Below the pieces are notes generated by a model that had not been told where the DNA came from, made no database searches, and saw nothing but the letters and a program-made list of their open reading frames with translations. A stretch of 52,087 bases of DNA. Origin: Nemertoderma westbladi (lineage: Eukaryota; Animalia; Xenacoelomorpha). Positions 27,201-42,200 of the stretch are shown one piece after another. The first letter of the stretch is position 1, and each line of letters begins with the position of its first letter. The DNA is taken from NCBI GenBank assembly GCA_032718475.1, contig JAUCBJ010009056.1, positions 1 to 52,087 on the forward strand. Reading direction: 5' to 3'. The position numbers and the translations under genes are program-made.

Positions 27201-30200
27201 ATTCATTACTTACCACGCATCCCTTGGACATCCATTCATTACTTACCACGCATCCCTTGGACATCCATTCATTACTTACCACGCATCCCTTGGACATCCA
27301 TTCATTACTTACCACACATCCCTTGGACATCCATTCATTACTTACCACGCATCCCTTGGACATCCATTCATTACTTACCACGCATCCCTTGGACATCCAT
27401 TCATTACTTACCACGCATCCCTTGGACATCCATTCATTACTTACCACGCATCCCTTGGACATCCATTCATTACTTACCACGCATCCCTTGGACATCCATT
27501 CATTACTTACCACGCATCCCTTGGACATCCATTCATTACTTACCACGCATCCCTTGGACATCCATTCATTACTTACCACGCGCCATTGGACATCCATTCA
27601 TTACTTACCACGCATTCCTTCGACATCCATTCATTACTTACCACGTATCCCTTGGACATCCATTCATTACTTACCACGCGCCATTGGACATCCATTCATT
27701 CCTTACCACGCATCCCTTGGACATCCATTCATTACTTACCACGAATCCCTTGGACATCCATTCATTACTTACCACGCATCCCTTGGACATACATTCATTA
27801 CTTACCACGCATCCCTTGGACATCCATTCATTACTTACCACGCATCCCTTGGACATCCATTCATTACTTACCACGCGCCATTGGACATCCATTCATTACT
27901 TACCACGCATTCCTTCGACATCCATTCATTACTTACCACGCATCCCTTGGACATCCATTCATTACTTACCACGCATCCCTTGGACATCCATTCATTACTT
28001 ACCACGTATCCCTTGGACATCCATTCATTACTTACCACGCGCCATTGGACATCCATTCATTCCTTACCACGCATCCCTTGGACATCCATTCATTACTTAC
28101 CACGAATCCCTTGGACATCCATTCATTACTTACCACGCATCCCTTGGACATCCATTCATTACTTACCACGCATCCCTTGGACATCCATTCATTACTTACC
28201 ACGCATCCCTTGAACATCCATTCATTACTTACCACGCATCCCTTGGACATCCATTCATTACTTACCACGCATCCCTTGGACATCCATTCATTACTTACCA
28301 CGCATCCCTTGGACATCCATTCATTACTTACCACGCGCCATTGGACATCCATTCATTACTTACCACGCATTCCTTCGACATCCATTCATTACTTACCACG
28401 TATCCCTTGGACATCCATTCATTACTTACCACGCATCCCTTGGACATCCATTCATTACTTACCACGCATCCCTTGGACATCCATTCATTACTTACCACGC
28501 ATCCCTTGGACATCCATTCATTACTTACCACGCATCCCTTGGACATCCATTCATTACTTACCACGCATCCCTTGGACATCCATTCATTACTTACCACGCG
28601 CCATTGGACATCCATTCATTACTTACCACGCATCCCTTGGACATCCATTCATTACTTACCACGCATCCCTTGGACATCCATTCATTACTTACCACGCATC
28701 CCTTGGACATCCATTCATTACTTACCACGCATCCCTTGGACATCCATTCATTACTTACCACGCATCCCTTGGACATCCATTCATTACTTACCACGCATCC
28801 CTTGGACATCCATTCATTACTTACCACGCATCCCTTGGACATCCATTCATTACTTACCACGCATCCCTTGGACATCCATTCATTACTTACCACGCATCCC
28901 TTGGACATCCATTCATTACTTACCACGCATCCCTTGGACATCCATTCATTACTTACCACGCATCCCTTGGACATCCATTCATTACTTACCACGCATCCCT
29001 TGGACATCCATTCATTACTTACCACGCATCCCTTGGACATCCATTCATTACTTACCACGCATCCCTTGGACATCCATTCATTACTTACCACGCATCCCTT
29101 GGACATCCATTCATTACTTACCACGCATCCCTTGGACATCCATTCATTACTTACCACGCATCCCTTGGACATCCATTCATTACTTACCACGCATCCCTTG
29201 GACATCCATTCATTACTTACCACGCATCCCTTGGACATCCATTCATTACTTACCACGCATCCCTTGGACATCCATTCATTACTTACCACGCATCCCTTGG
29301 ACATCCATTCATTACTTACCACGCATCCCTTGGACATCCATTCATTACTTACCACGCATCCCTTGGACATCCATTCATTACTTACCACGCATCCCTTGGA
29401 CATCCATTCATTACTTACCACGCATCCCTTGGACATCCATTCATTACTTACCACGCATCCCTTGGACATCCATTCATTACTTACCACGCATCCCTTGGAC
29501 ATCCATTCATTACTTACCACGCATCCCTTGGACATCCATTCATTACTTACCACGCATCCCTTGGACATCCATTCATTACTTACCACGCATCCCTTGGACA
29601 TCCATTCATTACTTACCACGCATCCCTTGGACATCCATTCATTACTTACCACGCGCCATTGGACATCCATTCATTACTTACCACGCATCCCTTGGACATC
29701 CATTCATTACTTACCACGCATCCCTTGGACATCCATTCATTACTTACCACGCATCCCTTGGACATCCATTCATTACTTACCACGCATCCCTTGGACATCC
29801 ATTCATTACTTACCACGCATCCCTTGGACATCCATTCATTACTTACCACGCATCCCTTGGACATCCATTCATTACTTACCACGCATCCCTTGGACATCCA
29901 TTCATTACTTACCACGCATCCCTTGGACATCCATTCATTACTTACCACGCATCCCTTGGACATCCATTCATTACTTACCACGCATCCCTTGGACATCCAT
30001 TCATTACTTACCACGCATCCCTTGGACATCCATTCATTACTTACCACGCATCCCTTGGACATCCATTCATTACTTACCACGCATCCCTTGGACATCCATT
30101 CATTACTTACCACGCATCCCTTGGACATCCATTCATTACTTACCACGCATCCCTTGGACATCCATTCATTACTTACCACGCATCCCTTGGACATCCATTC

Positions 30201-33200
30201 ATTACTTACCACGCATCCCTTGGACATCCATTCATTACTTACCACGCATCCCTTGGACATCCATTCATTACTTACCACGCATCCCTTGGACATCCATTCA
30301 TTACTTACCACGCATCCCTTGGACATCCATTCATTACTTACCACGCATCCCTTGGACATCCATTCATTACTTACCACGCATCCCTTGGACATCCATTCAT
30401 TACTTACCACGCATCCCTTGGACATCCATTCATTACTTACCACGCATCCCTTGGACATCCATTCATTACTTACCACGCATCCCTTGGACATCCATTCATT
30501 ACTTACCACGCAGCCCTTGGACATCCATTCATTACTTACCACGCATCCCTTGGACATCCATTCATTACTTACCACGTATCCCTTGGACATCCATTCATTA
30601 CTTACCACGCGCCATTGGACATCCATTCATTCCTTACCACGCATCCCTTGGACATCCATTCATTACTTACCACGAATCCCTTGGACATCCATTCATTACT
30701 TACCACGCATCCCTTGGACATCCATTCATTACTTACCACGCATCCCTTGGACATCCATTCATTACTTACCACGCATCCCTTGGACATCCATTCATTACTT
30801 ACCACGCGCCATTGGACATCCATTCATTACTTACCACGCATTCCTTCGACATCCATTCATTACTTACCACGCATCCCTTGGACATCCATTCATTACTTAC
30901 CACGCATCCCTTGGACATCCATTCATTACTTACCACGTATCCCTTGGACATCCATTCATTACTTACCACGCGCCATTGGACATCCATTCATTCCTTACCA
31001 CGCATCCCTTGGACATCCATTCATTACTTACCACGCATCCCTTGGACATCCATTCATTACTTACCACGCATCCCTTGGACATCCATTCATTACTTACCAC
31101 GCATCCCTTGGACATCCATTCATTACTTACCACGCATCCCTTGGACATCCATTCATTACTTACCACGCATCCCTTGGACATCCATTCATTACTTACCACG
31201 CATCCCTTGGACATCCATTCATTACTTACCACGCATCCCTTGGACATCCATTCATTACTTACCACGCGCCATTGGACATCCATTCATTACTTACCACGCA
31301 TTCCTTCGACATCCATTCATTACTTACCACGTATCCCTTGGACATCCATTCATTACTTACCACGCATCCCTTGGACATCCATTCATTACTTACCACGCAT
31401 CCCTTGGACATCCATTCATTACTTACCACGCATCCCTTGGACATCCATTCATTACTTACCACGCATCCCTTGGACATCCATTCATTACTTACCACGCATC
31501 CCTTGGACATCCATTCATTACTTACCACGCGCCATTGGACATCCATTCATTACTTACCACGCATCCCTTGGACATCCATTCATTACTTACCACGCATCCC
31601 TTGGACATCCATTCATTACTTACCACGCATCCCTTGGACATCCATTCATTACTTACCACGCATCCCTTGGACATCCATTCATTACTTACCACGCATCCCT
31701 TGGACATCCATTCATTACTTACCACGCATCCCTTGGACATCCATTCATTACTTACCACGCATCCCTTGGACATCCATTCATTACTTACCACGCATCCCTT
31801 GGACATCCATTCATTACTTACCACGCATCCCTTGGACATCCATTCATTACTTACCACGCATCCCTTGGACATCCATTCATTACTTACCACGCATCCCTTG
31901 GACATCCATTCATTACTTACCACGCATCCCTTGGACATCCATTCATTACTTACCACGCATCCCTTGGACATCCATTCATTACTTACCACGCATCCCTTGG
32001 ACATCCATTCATTACTTACCACGCATCCCTTGGACATCCATTCATTACTTACCACGCATCCCTTGGACATCCATTCATTACTTACCACGCATCCCTTGGA
32101 CATCCATTCATTACTTACCACGCATCCCTTGGACATCCATTCATTACTTACCACGCATCCCTTGGACATCCATTCATTACTTACCACGCATCCCTTGGAC
32201 ATCCATTCATTACTTACCACGCATCCCTTGGACATCCATTCATTACTTACCACGCATCCCTTGGACATCCATTCATTACTTACCACGCATCCCTTGGACA
32301 TCCATTCATTACTTACCACGCGCCATTGGACATCCATTCATTACTTACCACGCATCCCTTGGACATCCATTCATTACTTACCACGCATCCCTTGGACATC
32401 CATTCATTACTTACCACGCATCCCTTGGACATCCATTCATTACTTACCACGCATCCCTTGGACATCCATTCATTACTTACCACGCATCCCTTGGACATCC
32501 ATTCATTACTTACCACGCATCCCTTGGACATCCATTCATTACTTACCACGCATCCCTTGGACATCCATTCATTACTTACCACGCATCCCTTGGACATCCA
32601 TTCATTACTTACCACGCATCCCTTGGACATCCATTCATTACTTACCACGCATCCCTTGGACATCCATTCATTACTTACCACGCATCCCTTGGACATCCAT
32701 TCATTACTTACCACGCATCCCTTGGACATCCATTCATTACTTACCACGCATCCCTTGGACATCCATTCATTACTTACCACGCATCCCTTGGACATCCATT
32801 CATTACTTACCACGCATCCCTTGGACATCCATTCATTACTTACCACGCATCCCTTGGACATCCATTCATTACTTACCACGCATCCCTTGGACATCCATTC
32901 ATTACTTACCACGCATCCCTTGGACATCCATTCATTACTTACCACGCATCCCTTGGACATCCATTCATTACTTACCACGCATCCCTTGGACATCCATTCA
33001 TTACTTACCACGCATCCCTTGGACATCCATTCATTACTTACCACGCATCCCTTGGACATCCATTCATTACTTACCACGCATCCCTTGGACATCCATTCAT
33101 TACTTACCACGCATCCCTTGGACATCCATTCATTACTTACCACGCATCCCTTGGACATCCATTCATTACTTACCACGCATCCCTTGGACATCCATTCATT

Positions 33201-36200
33201 ACTTACCACGCATCCCTTGGACATCCATTCATTACTTACCACGCATCCCTTGGACATCCATTCATTACTTACCACGCATCCCTTGGACATCCATTCATTA
33301 CTTACCACGCATCCCTTGGACATCCATTCATTACTTACCACGCATCCCTTGGACATCCATTCATTACTTACCACGCATCCCTTGGACATCCATTCATTAC
33401 TTACCACGCATCCCTTGGACATCCATTCATTACTTACCACGCATCCCTTGGACATCCATTCATTACTTACCACGCATCCCTTGGACATCCATTCATTACT
33501 TACCACGCATCCCTTGGACATCCATTCATTACTTACCACGCATCCCTTGGACATCCATTCATTACTTACCACGCATCCCTTGGACATCCATTCATTACTT
33601 ACCACGCATCCCTTGGACATCCATTCATTACTTACCACGCATCCCTTGGACATCCATTCATTACTTACCACGCATCCCTTGGACATCCATTCATTACTTA
33701 CCACGCATCCCTTGGACATCCATTCATTACTTACCACGCATCCCTTGGACATCCATTCATTACTTACCACGCATCCCTTGGACATCCATTCATTACTTAC
33801 CACGCATCCCTTGGACATCCATTCATTACTTACCACGCATCCCTTGGACATCCATTCATTACTTACCACGCATCCCTTGGACATCCATTCATTACTTACC
33901 ACGCATCCCTTGGACATCCATTCATTACTTACCACGCATCCCTTGGACATCCATTCATTACTTACCACGCATCCCTTGGACATCCATTCATTACTTACCA
34001 CGCGCCATTGGACATCCATTCATTACTTACCACGCATCCCTTGGACATCCATTCATTACTTACCACGCATCCCTTGGACATCCATTCATTACTTACCACG
34101 CATCCCTTGGACATCCATTCATTACTTACCACGCATCCCTTGGACATCCATTCATTACTTACCACGCATCCCTTGGACATCCATTCATTACTTACCACGC
34201 ATCCCTTGGACATCCATTCATTACTTACCACGCATCCCTTGGACATCCATTCATTACTTACCACGCATCCATTGGACATCCATTCATTACTTACCACGCA
34301 TCCCTTGGACATCCATTCATTACTTACCACGCATCCCTTGGACATCCATTCATTACTTACCACGCATCCCTTGGACATCCATTCATTACTTACCACGCAT
34401 CCCTTGGACATCCATTCATTACTTACCACGCATCCCTTGGACATCCATTCATTACTTACCACGCATCCCTTGGACATCCATTCATTACTTACCACGCATC
34501 CCTTGGACATCCATTCATTACTTACCACGCATCCCTTGGACATCCATTCATTACTTACCACGCATCCCTTGGACATCCATTCATTACTTACCACGCATCC
34601 CTTGGACATCCATTCATTACTTACCACGCATCCCTTGGACATCCATTCATTACTTACCACGCATCCCTTGGACATCCATTCATTACTTACCACGCATCCC
34701 TTGGACATCCATTCATTACTTACCACGCATCCCTTGGACATCCATTCATTACTTACCACGCATCCCTTGGACATCCATTCATTACTTACCACGCATCCCT
34801 TGGACATCCATTCATTACTTACCACGCATCCCTTGGACATCCATTCATTACTTACCACGCATCCCTTGGACATCCATTCATTACTTACCACGCATCCCTT
34901 GGACATCCATTCATTACTTACCACGCATCCCTTGGACATCCATTCATTACTTACCACGCATCCCTTGGACATCCATTCATTACTTACCACGCATCCCTTG
35001 GACATCCATTCATTACTTACCACGCATCCCTTGGACATCCATTCATTACTTACCACGCATCCCTTGGACATCCATTCATTACTTACCACGCATCCCTTGG
35101 ACATCCATTCATTACTTACCACGCATCCCTTGGACATCCATTCATTACTTACCACGCATCCCTTGGACATCCATTCATTACTTACCACGCATCCCTTGGA
35201 CATCCATTCATTACTTACCACGCATCCCTTGGACATCCATTCATTACTTACCACGCATCCCTTGGACATCCATTCATTACTTACCACGCATCCCTTGGAC
35301 ATCCATTCATTACTTACCACGCATCCCTTGGACATCCATTCATTACTTACCACGCATCCCTTGGACATCCATTCATTACTTACCACGCATCCCTTGGACA
35401 TCCATTCATTACTTACCACGCATCCCTTGGACATCCATTCATTACTTACCACGCATCCCTTGGACATCCATTCATTACTTACCACGCATCCCTTGGACAT
35501 CCATTCATTACTTACCACGCATCCCTTGGACATCCATTCATTACTTACCACGCATCCCTTGGACATCCATTCATTACTTACCACGCATCCCTTGGACATC
35601 CATTCATTACTTACCACGCATCCCTTGGACATCCATTCATTACTTACCACGCATCCCTTGGACATCCATTCATTACTTACCACGCATCCCTTGGACATCC
35701 ATTCATTACTTACCACGCATCCCTTGGACATCCATTCATTACTTACCACGCATCCCTTGGACATCCATTCATTACTTACCACGCATCCCTTGGACATCCA
35801 TTCATTACTTACCACGCATCCCTTGGACATCCATTCATTACTTACCACGCATCCCTTGGACATCCATTCATTACTTACCACGCATCCCTTGGACATCCAT
35901 TCATTACTTACCACGCATCCCTTGGACATCCATTCATTACTTACCACGCATCCCTTGGACATCCATTCATTACTTACCACGCATCCCTTGGACATCCATT
36001 CATTACTTACCACGCATCCCTTGGACATCCATTCATTACTTACCACGCATCCCTTGGACATCCATTCATTACTTACCACGCATCCCTTGGACATCCATTC
36101 ATTACTTACCACGCATCCCTTGGACATCCATTCATTACTTACCACGCATCCCTTGGACATCCATTCATTACTTACCACGCATCCCTTGGACATCCNNNNN

Positions 36201-39200
36201 NNNNNNNNNNNNNNNNNNNNNNNNNNNNNNNNNNNNNNNNNNNNNNNNNNNNNNNNNNNNNNNNNNNNNNNNNNNNNNNNNNNNNNNNNNNNNNNATCGT
36301 CATTGAATGATTGACAGAGAGTTGTGTAAATCGCGATAGTTAGATTGCTCATGAAGACCTAGAAAAATATATATTTAGTCAAACAAAAACATGAATGATC
36401 CATTGAGACATATTGTCTAACCTTATCTTCTATGAATGATCAATTGAGACAGATTGACTAACCTTATACTCTATGAATGATCCATTGAGACAGATTGAAC
36501 CTTATACTCTATGAATGATCTATTGAGACAGATTGAACCTTATACTCTATGAATGATCTATTGAGACAGATTGACTAACCTTATCTTCTATGAATGATCC
36601 ATTGATACAGATTGACTAACCTTATACTCTATGAATGATCCATTGAGACAGATTGACTAACCTTATACTCTATGAATGATCCATTGAGACAGATTGACTA
36701 ACCTTATACTCTATGAATGATCCATTGAGACAGATTTACTAACCTTATCCTCTATGAATGATCCATTGAGACAGATTGAACCTTATACTCTATGAATGAT
36801 CAATTGAGACAGATTGACTAACCTTATCCTCTATGAATGATCTATTGAGACAGATTGACTAACCTTATCCCCTATGAATGATCTATTTAGACAGATTGAG
36901 TAACCTTATCCCCTATGAATGATCTATTGAGACAGATTGACTAACCTTATCCCCTATGAATGATCCATTGAGACAGATTGACTTACCTTATCCTCTATGA
37001 ATGATCCATTGAGTCAGATTGACTAACCTTATACTCTATGAATGATCTATTGAGACAGATTGACTAACCTTATCCCCTATGAATGATCTATTGAGACAGA
37101 TTGACTAACCTTATACTCTATGAATGATCTATTGAGACAGATTGACTAACCTTATCCCCTATGAATGATCTATTGAGACAGATTGACTAACCTTATCCCC
37201 TATGAATGATCCATTGAGACAGATTGACTAACCTTATCCTCTATGAATGATCCATTGAGTCAGATTGACTAACCTTATCCCCTATGAATGATCCATTGAG
37301 ACAGATTGACTAACCTTATCCTCTATGAATGATCTATTGAGACAGATTGACTAACCTTATACTCTATGAATGATCTATTGAGACAGATTGACTAACCTTA
37401 TACTCTATGAATGATCTATTGAGACAGATTGACTAACCTTATCCTCTATGAATGATCCATTGAGTCAGATTGACTAACCTTATACTCTATGAATGATCTA
37501 TTGAGACAGATTGACTAACCTTATCCTCTATGAATGATCCATTGAGACAGATTGACTAACCTTATCCTCTATGAATGATCTATTAAGACAGATTGACTAA
37601 CCTTATACTCTATGAATGATCCATTGAGTCAGATTGACTAACCTTATACTCTATGAATGATCAATTGAGACAGATTGACTAACCTTATCCTCTATGAATG
37701 ATCCATTGAGACAGATTGACTAACCTTATACTCTATGAATGATCTATTGAGACAGATTGACTAACCTTATACTCTATGAATGATCCATTGAGTCAGATTG
37801 ACTAACCTTATACTCTATGAATGATCAATTGAGACAGATTGACTAACCTTATCCTCTATGAATGATCCATTGAGACAGATTGAACCTTATACTCTATGAA
37901 TGATCAATTGAGTCAGATTGACTAACCTTATCCCCTATGAATGATCCATTGAGACAGATTGACTAACCTTATCCTCTATGAATGATCTATTGAGACAGAT
38001 TGACTAACCTTATACTCTATGAATGATCCATTGAGACAGATTGACTAACCTTATACTCTATGAATGATCCATTGAGATAGATTGAACCTTATCTTCTATG
38101 AATGATCCATTGAGACAGATTGACTAACCTTATCCTCTATGAATGATCCATTGAGACAGATTGAACCTTATACTCTATGAATGATCAATTGAGACAGATT
38201 GACTAACCTTATACTCTATGAATGATCTATTGAGACAGATTGACTAACCTTATACTCTATGAATGATCCATTGAGACAGATTGACTAACCTTATCCTCTA
38301 TGAATGATCCATTGAGTCAGATTGACTAACCTTATACTCTATGAATGATCTATTGAGACAGATTGACTAACCTTATCCTCTATGAATGATCCATTGATAC
38401 AGATTGACTAACCTTATACTCTATGAATGATCTATTGAGACAGATTGACTAACCTTATCCTCTATGAATGATCTATTGAGACAGATTGACTAACCTTATA
38501 CTCTATGAATGATCTATTGAGACAGATTGACTAACCTTATACTCTATGAATGATCCATTGAGACAGATTGACTAACCTTATCCTCTATGAATGATCCATT
38601 GAGTCAGATTGACTAACCTTATCCCCTATGAATGATCCATTGAGACAGATTGACTAACCTTATCCTCTATGAATGATCCATTGAGACAGATTGAACCTTA
38701 TACTCTATGAATGATCAATTGAGTCAGATTGACTAACCTTATCCCCTATGAATGATCCATTGAGACAGATTGACTAACCTTATCCTCTATGAATGATCTA
38801 TTGAGACAGATTGACTAACCTTATACTCTATGAATGATCTATTGAGACAGATTGACTAACCTTATACTCTATGAATGAACTATTGAGACAGATTGACTAA
38901 CCTTATCCTCTATGAATGATCTATTGAGACAGATTGACTAACCTTATACTCTATGAATGATCTATTGAGACAGATTGACTAACCTTATACTCTATGAATG
39001 ATCCATTGAGACAGATTGACTAACCTTATCCTCTATGAATGATCCATTGAGTCAGATTGACTAACCTTATCCCCTATGAATGATCCATTGAGACAGATTG
39101 ACTAACCTTATCCTCTATGAATGATCTATTGAGACAGATTGACTAACCTTATACTCTATGAATGATCTATTGAGACAGATTGACTAACCTTATCCTCTAT

Positions 39201-42200
39201 GAATGATCCATTGAGATAGATTGAACCTTATCTTCTATGAATGATCCATTGAGACAGATTGACTAACCTTATACCCTATGAATGATCCATTGAGACAGAT
39301 TGACTAACCTTATCCTCTATGAATGATCCATTGAGACAGATTGACTAACCTTATCTTCTATGAATGATCCATTGAGACAGATTGACTAACCTTATACCCT
39401 ATGAATGATCCATTGAGACAGATTGACTAACCTTATCCTCTATGAATGATCCATTGATACAGATTGACTAACCTTATACTCTATGAATGATCTATTGAGA
39501 CAGATTGACTAACCTTATACTCTATGAATGATCTATTGAGACAGATTGACTAACCTTATACTCTATGAATGATCTATTGAGACAGATTGACTAACCTTAT
39601 CCTCTATGAATGATCTATTGAGACAAATTGACTAACCTTATACTCTATGAATGATCTATTGAGACAGATTGACTAACCTTATCCTCTATGAATGATCTAT
39701 TGAGACAGATTGACTAACCTTATACTCTATGAATGATCTATTGAGACAGATTGACTAACCTTATACTCTATGAATGATCTATTGAGACAGATTGACTAAC
39801 CTTATCCTCTATGAATGATCTATTGAGACAGATTGACTAACCTTATACTGTATAAATGATCTATTGAGACAGATTGACTAACCTTATACTCTATGAATGA
39901 TCCATTGAGACAGATTGACTAACCTTATCCTCTATGAATGATCCATTGAGTCAGATTGACTAACCTTATCCCCTATGAATGATCCATTGAGATAGATTGA
40001 ACCTTATCTTCTATGAATGATCCATTGAGACAGATTGACTAACCTTATACCCTATGAATGATCCATTGAGACAGATTGACTAACCTTATCCTCTATGAAT
40101 GATCCATTGAGACAGATTGACTAACCTTATCTTCTATGAATGATCCATTGAGACCGATTGACTAACCTTATACCCTATGAATGATCCATTGAGACAGATT
40201 GACTAACCTTATCCTCTATGAATGATCCATTGAGACAGATTGACTAACCTTATACCCTATGAATGATCCATTGAGACAGGTTGACTAACCTGATCCTCTA
40301 TGAATGATCCATTGAGACAGATTGACTAACCTTATACTCTATGAATGATCCATTGAGACAGATTGACTAACCTTATATTCTATGAATGATCCATTGATAG
40401 AGATTGACTAACCTTATCCTCTATGAATGATCCATTGAGACAGATTGGCTAACCTTATCCTCTATGAATGATCCATTGAGACAGATTGAACCTTATACTC
40501 TATGAATGATCCATTGAGACAGATTGACTAACCTTATACTCTATGAATGATCCATTGAGACAGATTGAACCTTATACTCTATGAATGATCTATTGAGACA
40601 GATTGACTAACCTTATACTCTATGAATGATCCATTGAGACAGATTGACTAACCTTATCCTCTATGAATGATCCATTGAGACAGATTGACTAACCTTATAT
40701 TCTATGAATGATCCATTGATAGAGATTGACTAACCTTATCCTCTATGAATGATCCATTGAGACAGATTGACTAACCTTATACTCTATGAATGATCCATTG
40801 AGACAGATTGACTAACCTTATACTCTATGAATGATCCATTGAGACAGATTGAACCTTATACTCTATGAATGATCTATTGAGACAGATTGACTAACCTTAT
40901 ACTCTATGAATGATCCATTGAGACAGATTGACTAACCTTATCCTCTATGAATGATCCATTGAGACAGATTGACTAACCTTATATTCTATGAATGATCCAT
41001 TGATAGAGATTGACTAACCTTATCCTCTATGAATGATCCATTGAGACAGATTGACTAACCTTATACTCTATGAATGATCCATTGAGACAGATTGACTAAC
41101 CTTATCCTCTATGAATGATCCATTGAGACAGATTGACTAACCTTATATTCTATGAATGATCCATTGATAGAGATTGACTAACCTTATCCTCTATGAACGG
41201 CTCCGAGCTGTAGAACTTTCTAGGATTTCTGTGACGAGGTTTTATCCCAATGTAGTAAATACCTTCATCCATTAGAATGTTGTTATCAAAGAAAGCCGCG
41301 TATTTATTTGGATAAAATTCTCCAGGATGTCTCGATGATTCTGTGATTAAATAATATATTAGTAATTGAAGCGATATCCAATAATACTTAAATTAGGGGA
41401 AACAATAGAGGCGGTTCAGCTGGATAAATTAGAAACCTACAGTGACCAAAACTCCCTGACAGTTAACTTACGCAAAACAAAGGTTGTATAATTCCGAACA
41501 GGTGGCCGTCTCCCCGCAAATGATTAAATTGATTTACAAGGGTCAGCCAATCGAATTGGTCAACAGTTTATTTAGTTACAAGGGTCAGCCAATCGAATGG
41601 GTCAACAGTTTATTTACTTACAAGGGTCAGCCAATCGAATGGGTCAACAGTTTATTTACTTACAAGGGTCACCAGTTTAATTACTTAGGGGTGGTCCTCT
41701 CGACAAAAAATGGCGCCGCAGGACATTATTACCACCTGAAAAACCATGGAATAGCATCATGTATGCGACTGGCGACAAAAGTTGACCTCAGTTCAATTTC
41801 CCTAGCATCCGCACATAAACTCTGGTCTCATGTAATTCTACCCGCCGTTACATATGGTTGCCCCATTTTTGACCCCAGCATGGGTAACCCCAATCTACAG
41901 TCACACAGTTTAGACCACGTTATTAAAAGTCCGGGGTTTTTACTGGAAGCTGCGGAGTGGCCTAAGTACCACCGCTTGTGCTCGACCGCACATACACAGC
42001 CATAATCACGATACTATTTTACATTTTTATCACTAGGCCTATATGTACGACTTTCATATTTGTGTCCATTTAATTATTTTTAATTTACTATTAATTATTA
42101 TAATACTGTTGGGGCCTACATCCACTTCGGATATATTGAAATAAATATAAACCATCATTATTTTGAAAATTTAATTAATCTACTGCACATGTTTGTGGCG

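Noticed and set aside
20812-36314. Giant plus-strand ORFs (HPLDIHSLLTT, IPWTSIHYLPR, ASLGHPFITYH repeats) and internal minus-strand repeat ORFs as stand-alone genes
   Set aside because: They result from a stop-free 33-bp unit. Only the minus-strand frame has meaning, as the GPS exon end.
36391-41197. GACTAAC branch-point-like motif in every 41-bp unit
   Set aside because: It is on the antisense strand and is just the reverse complement of the donor GTTAGTC.
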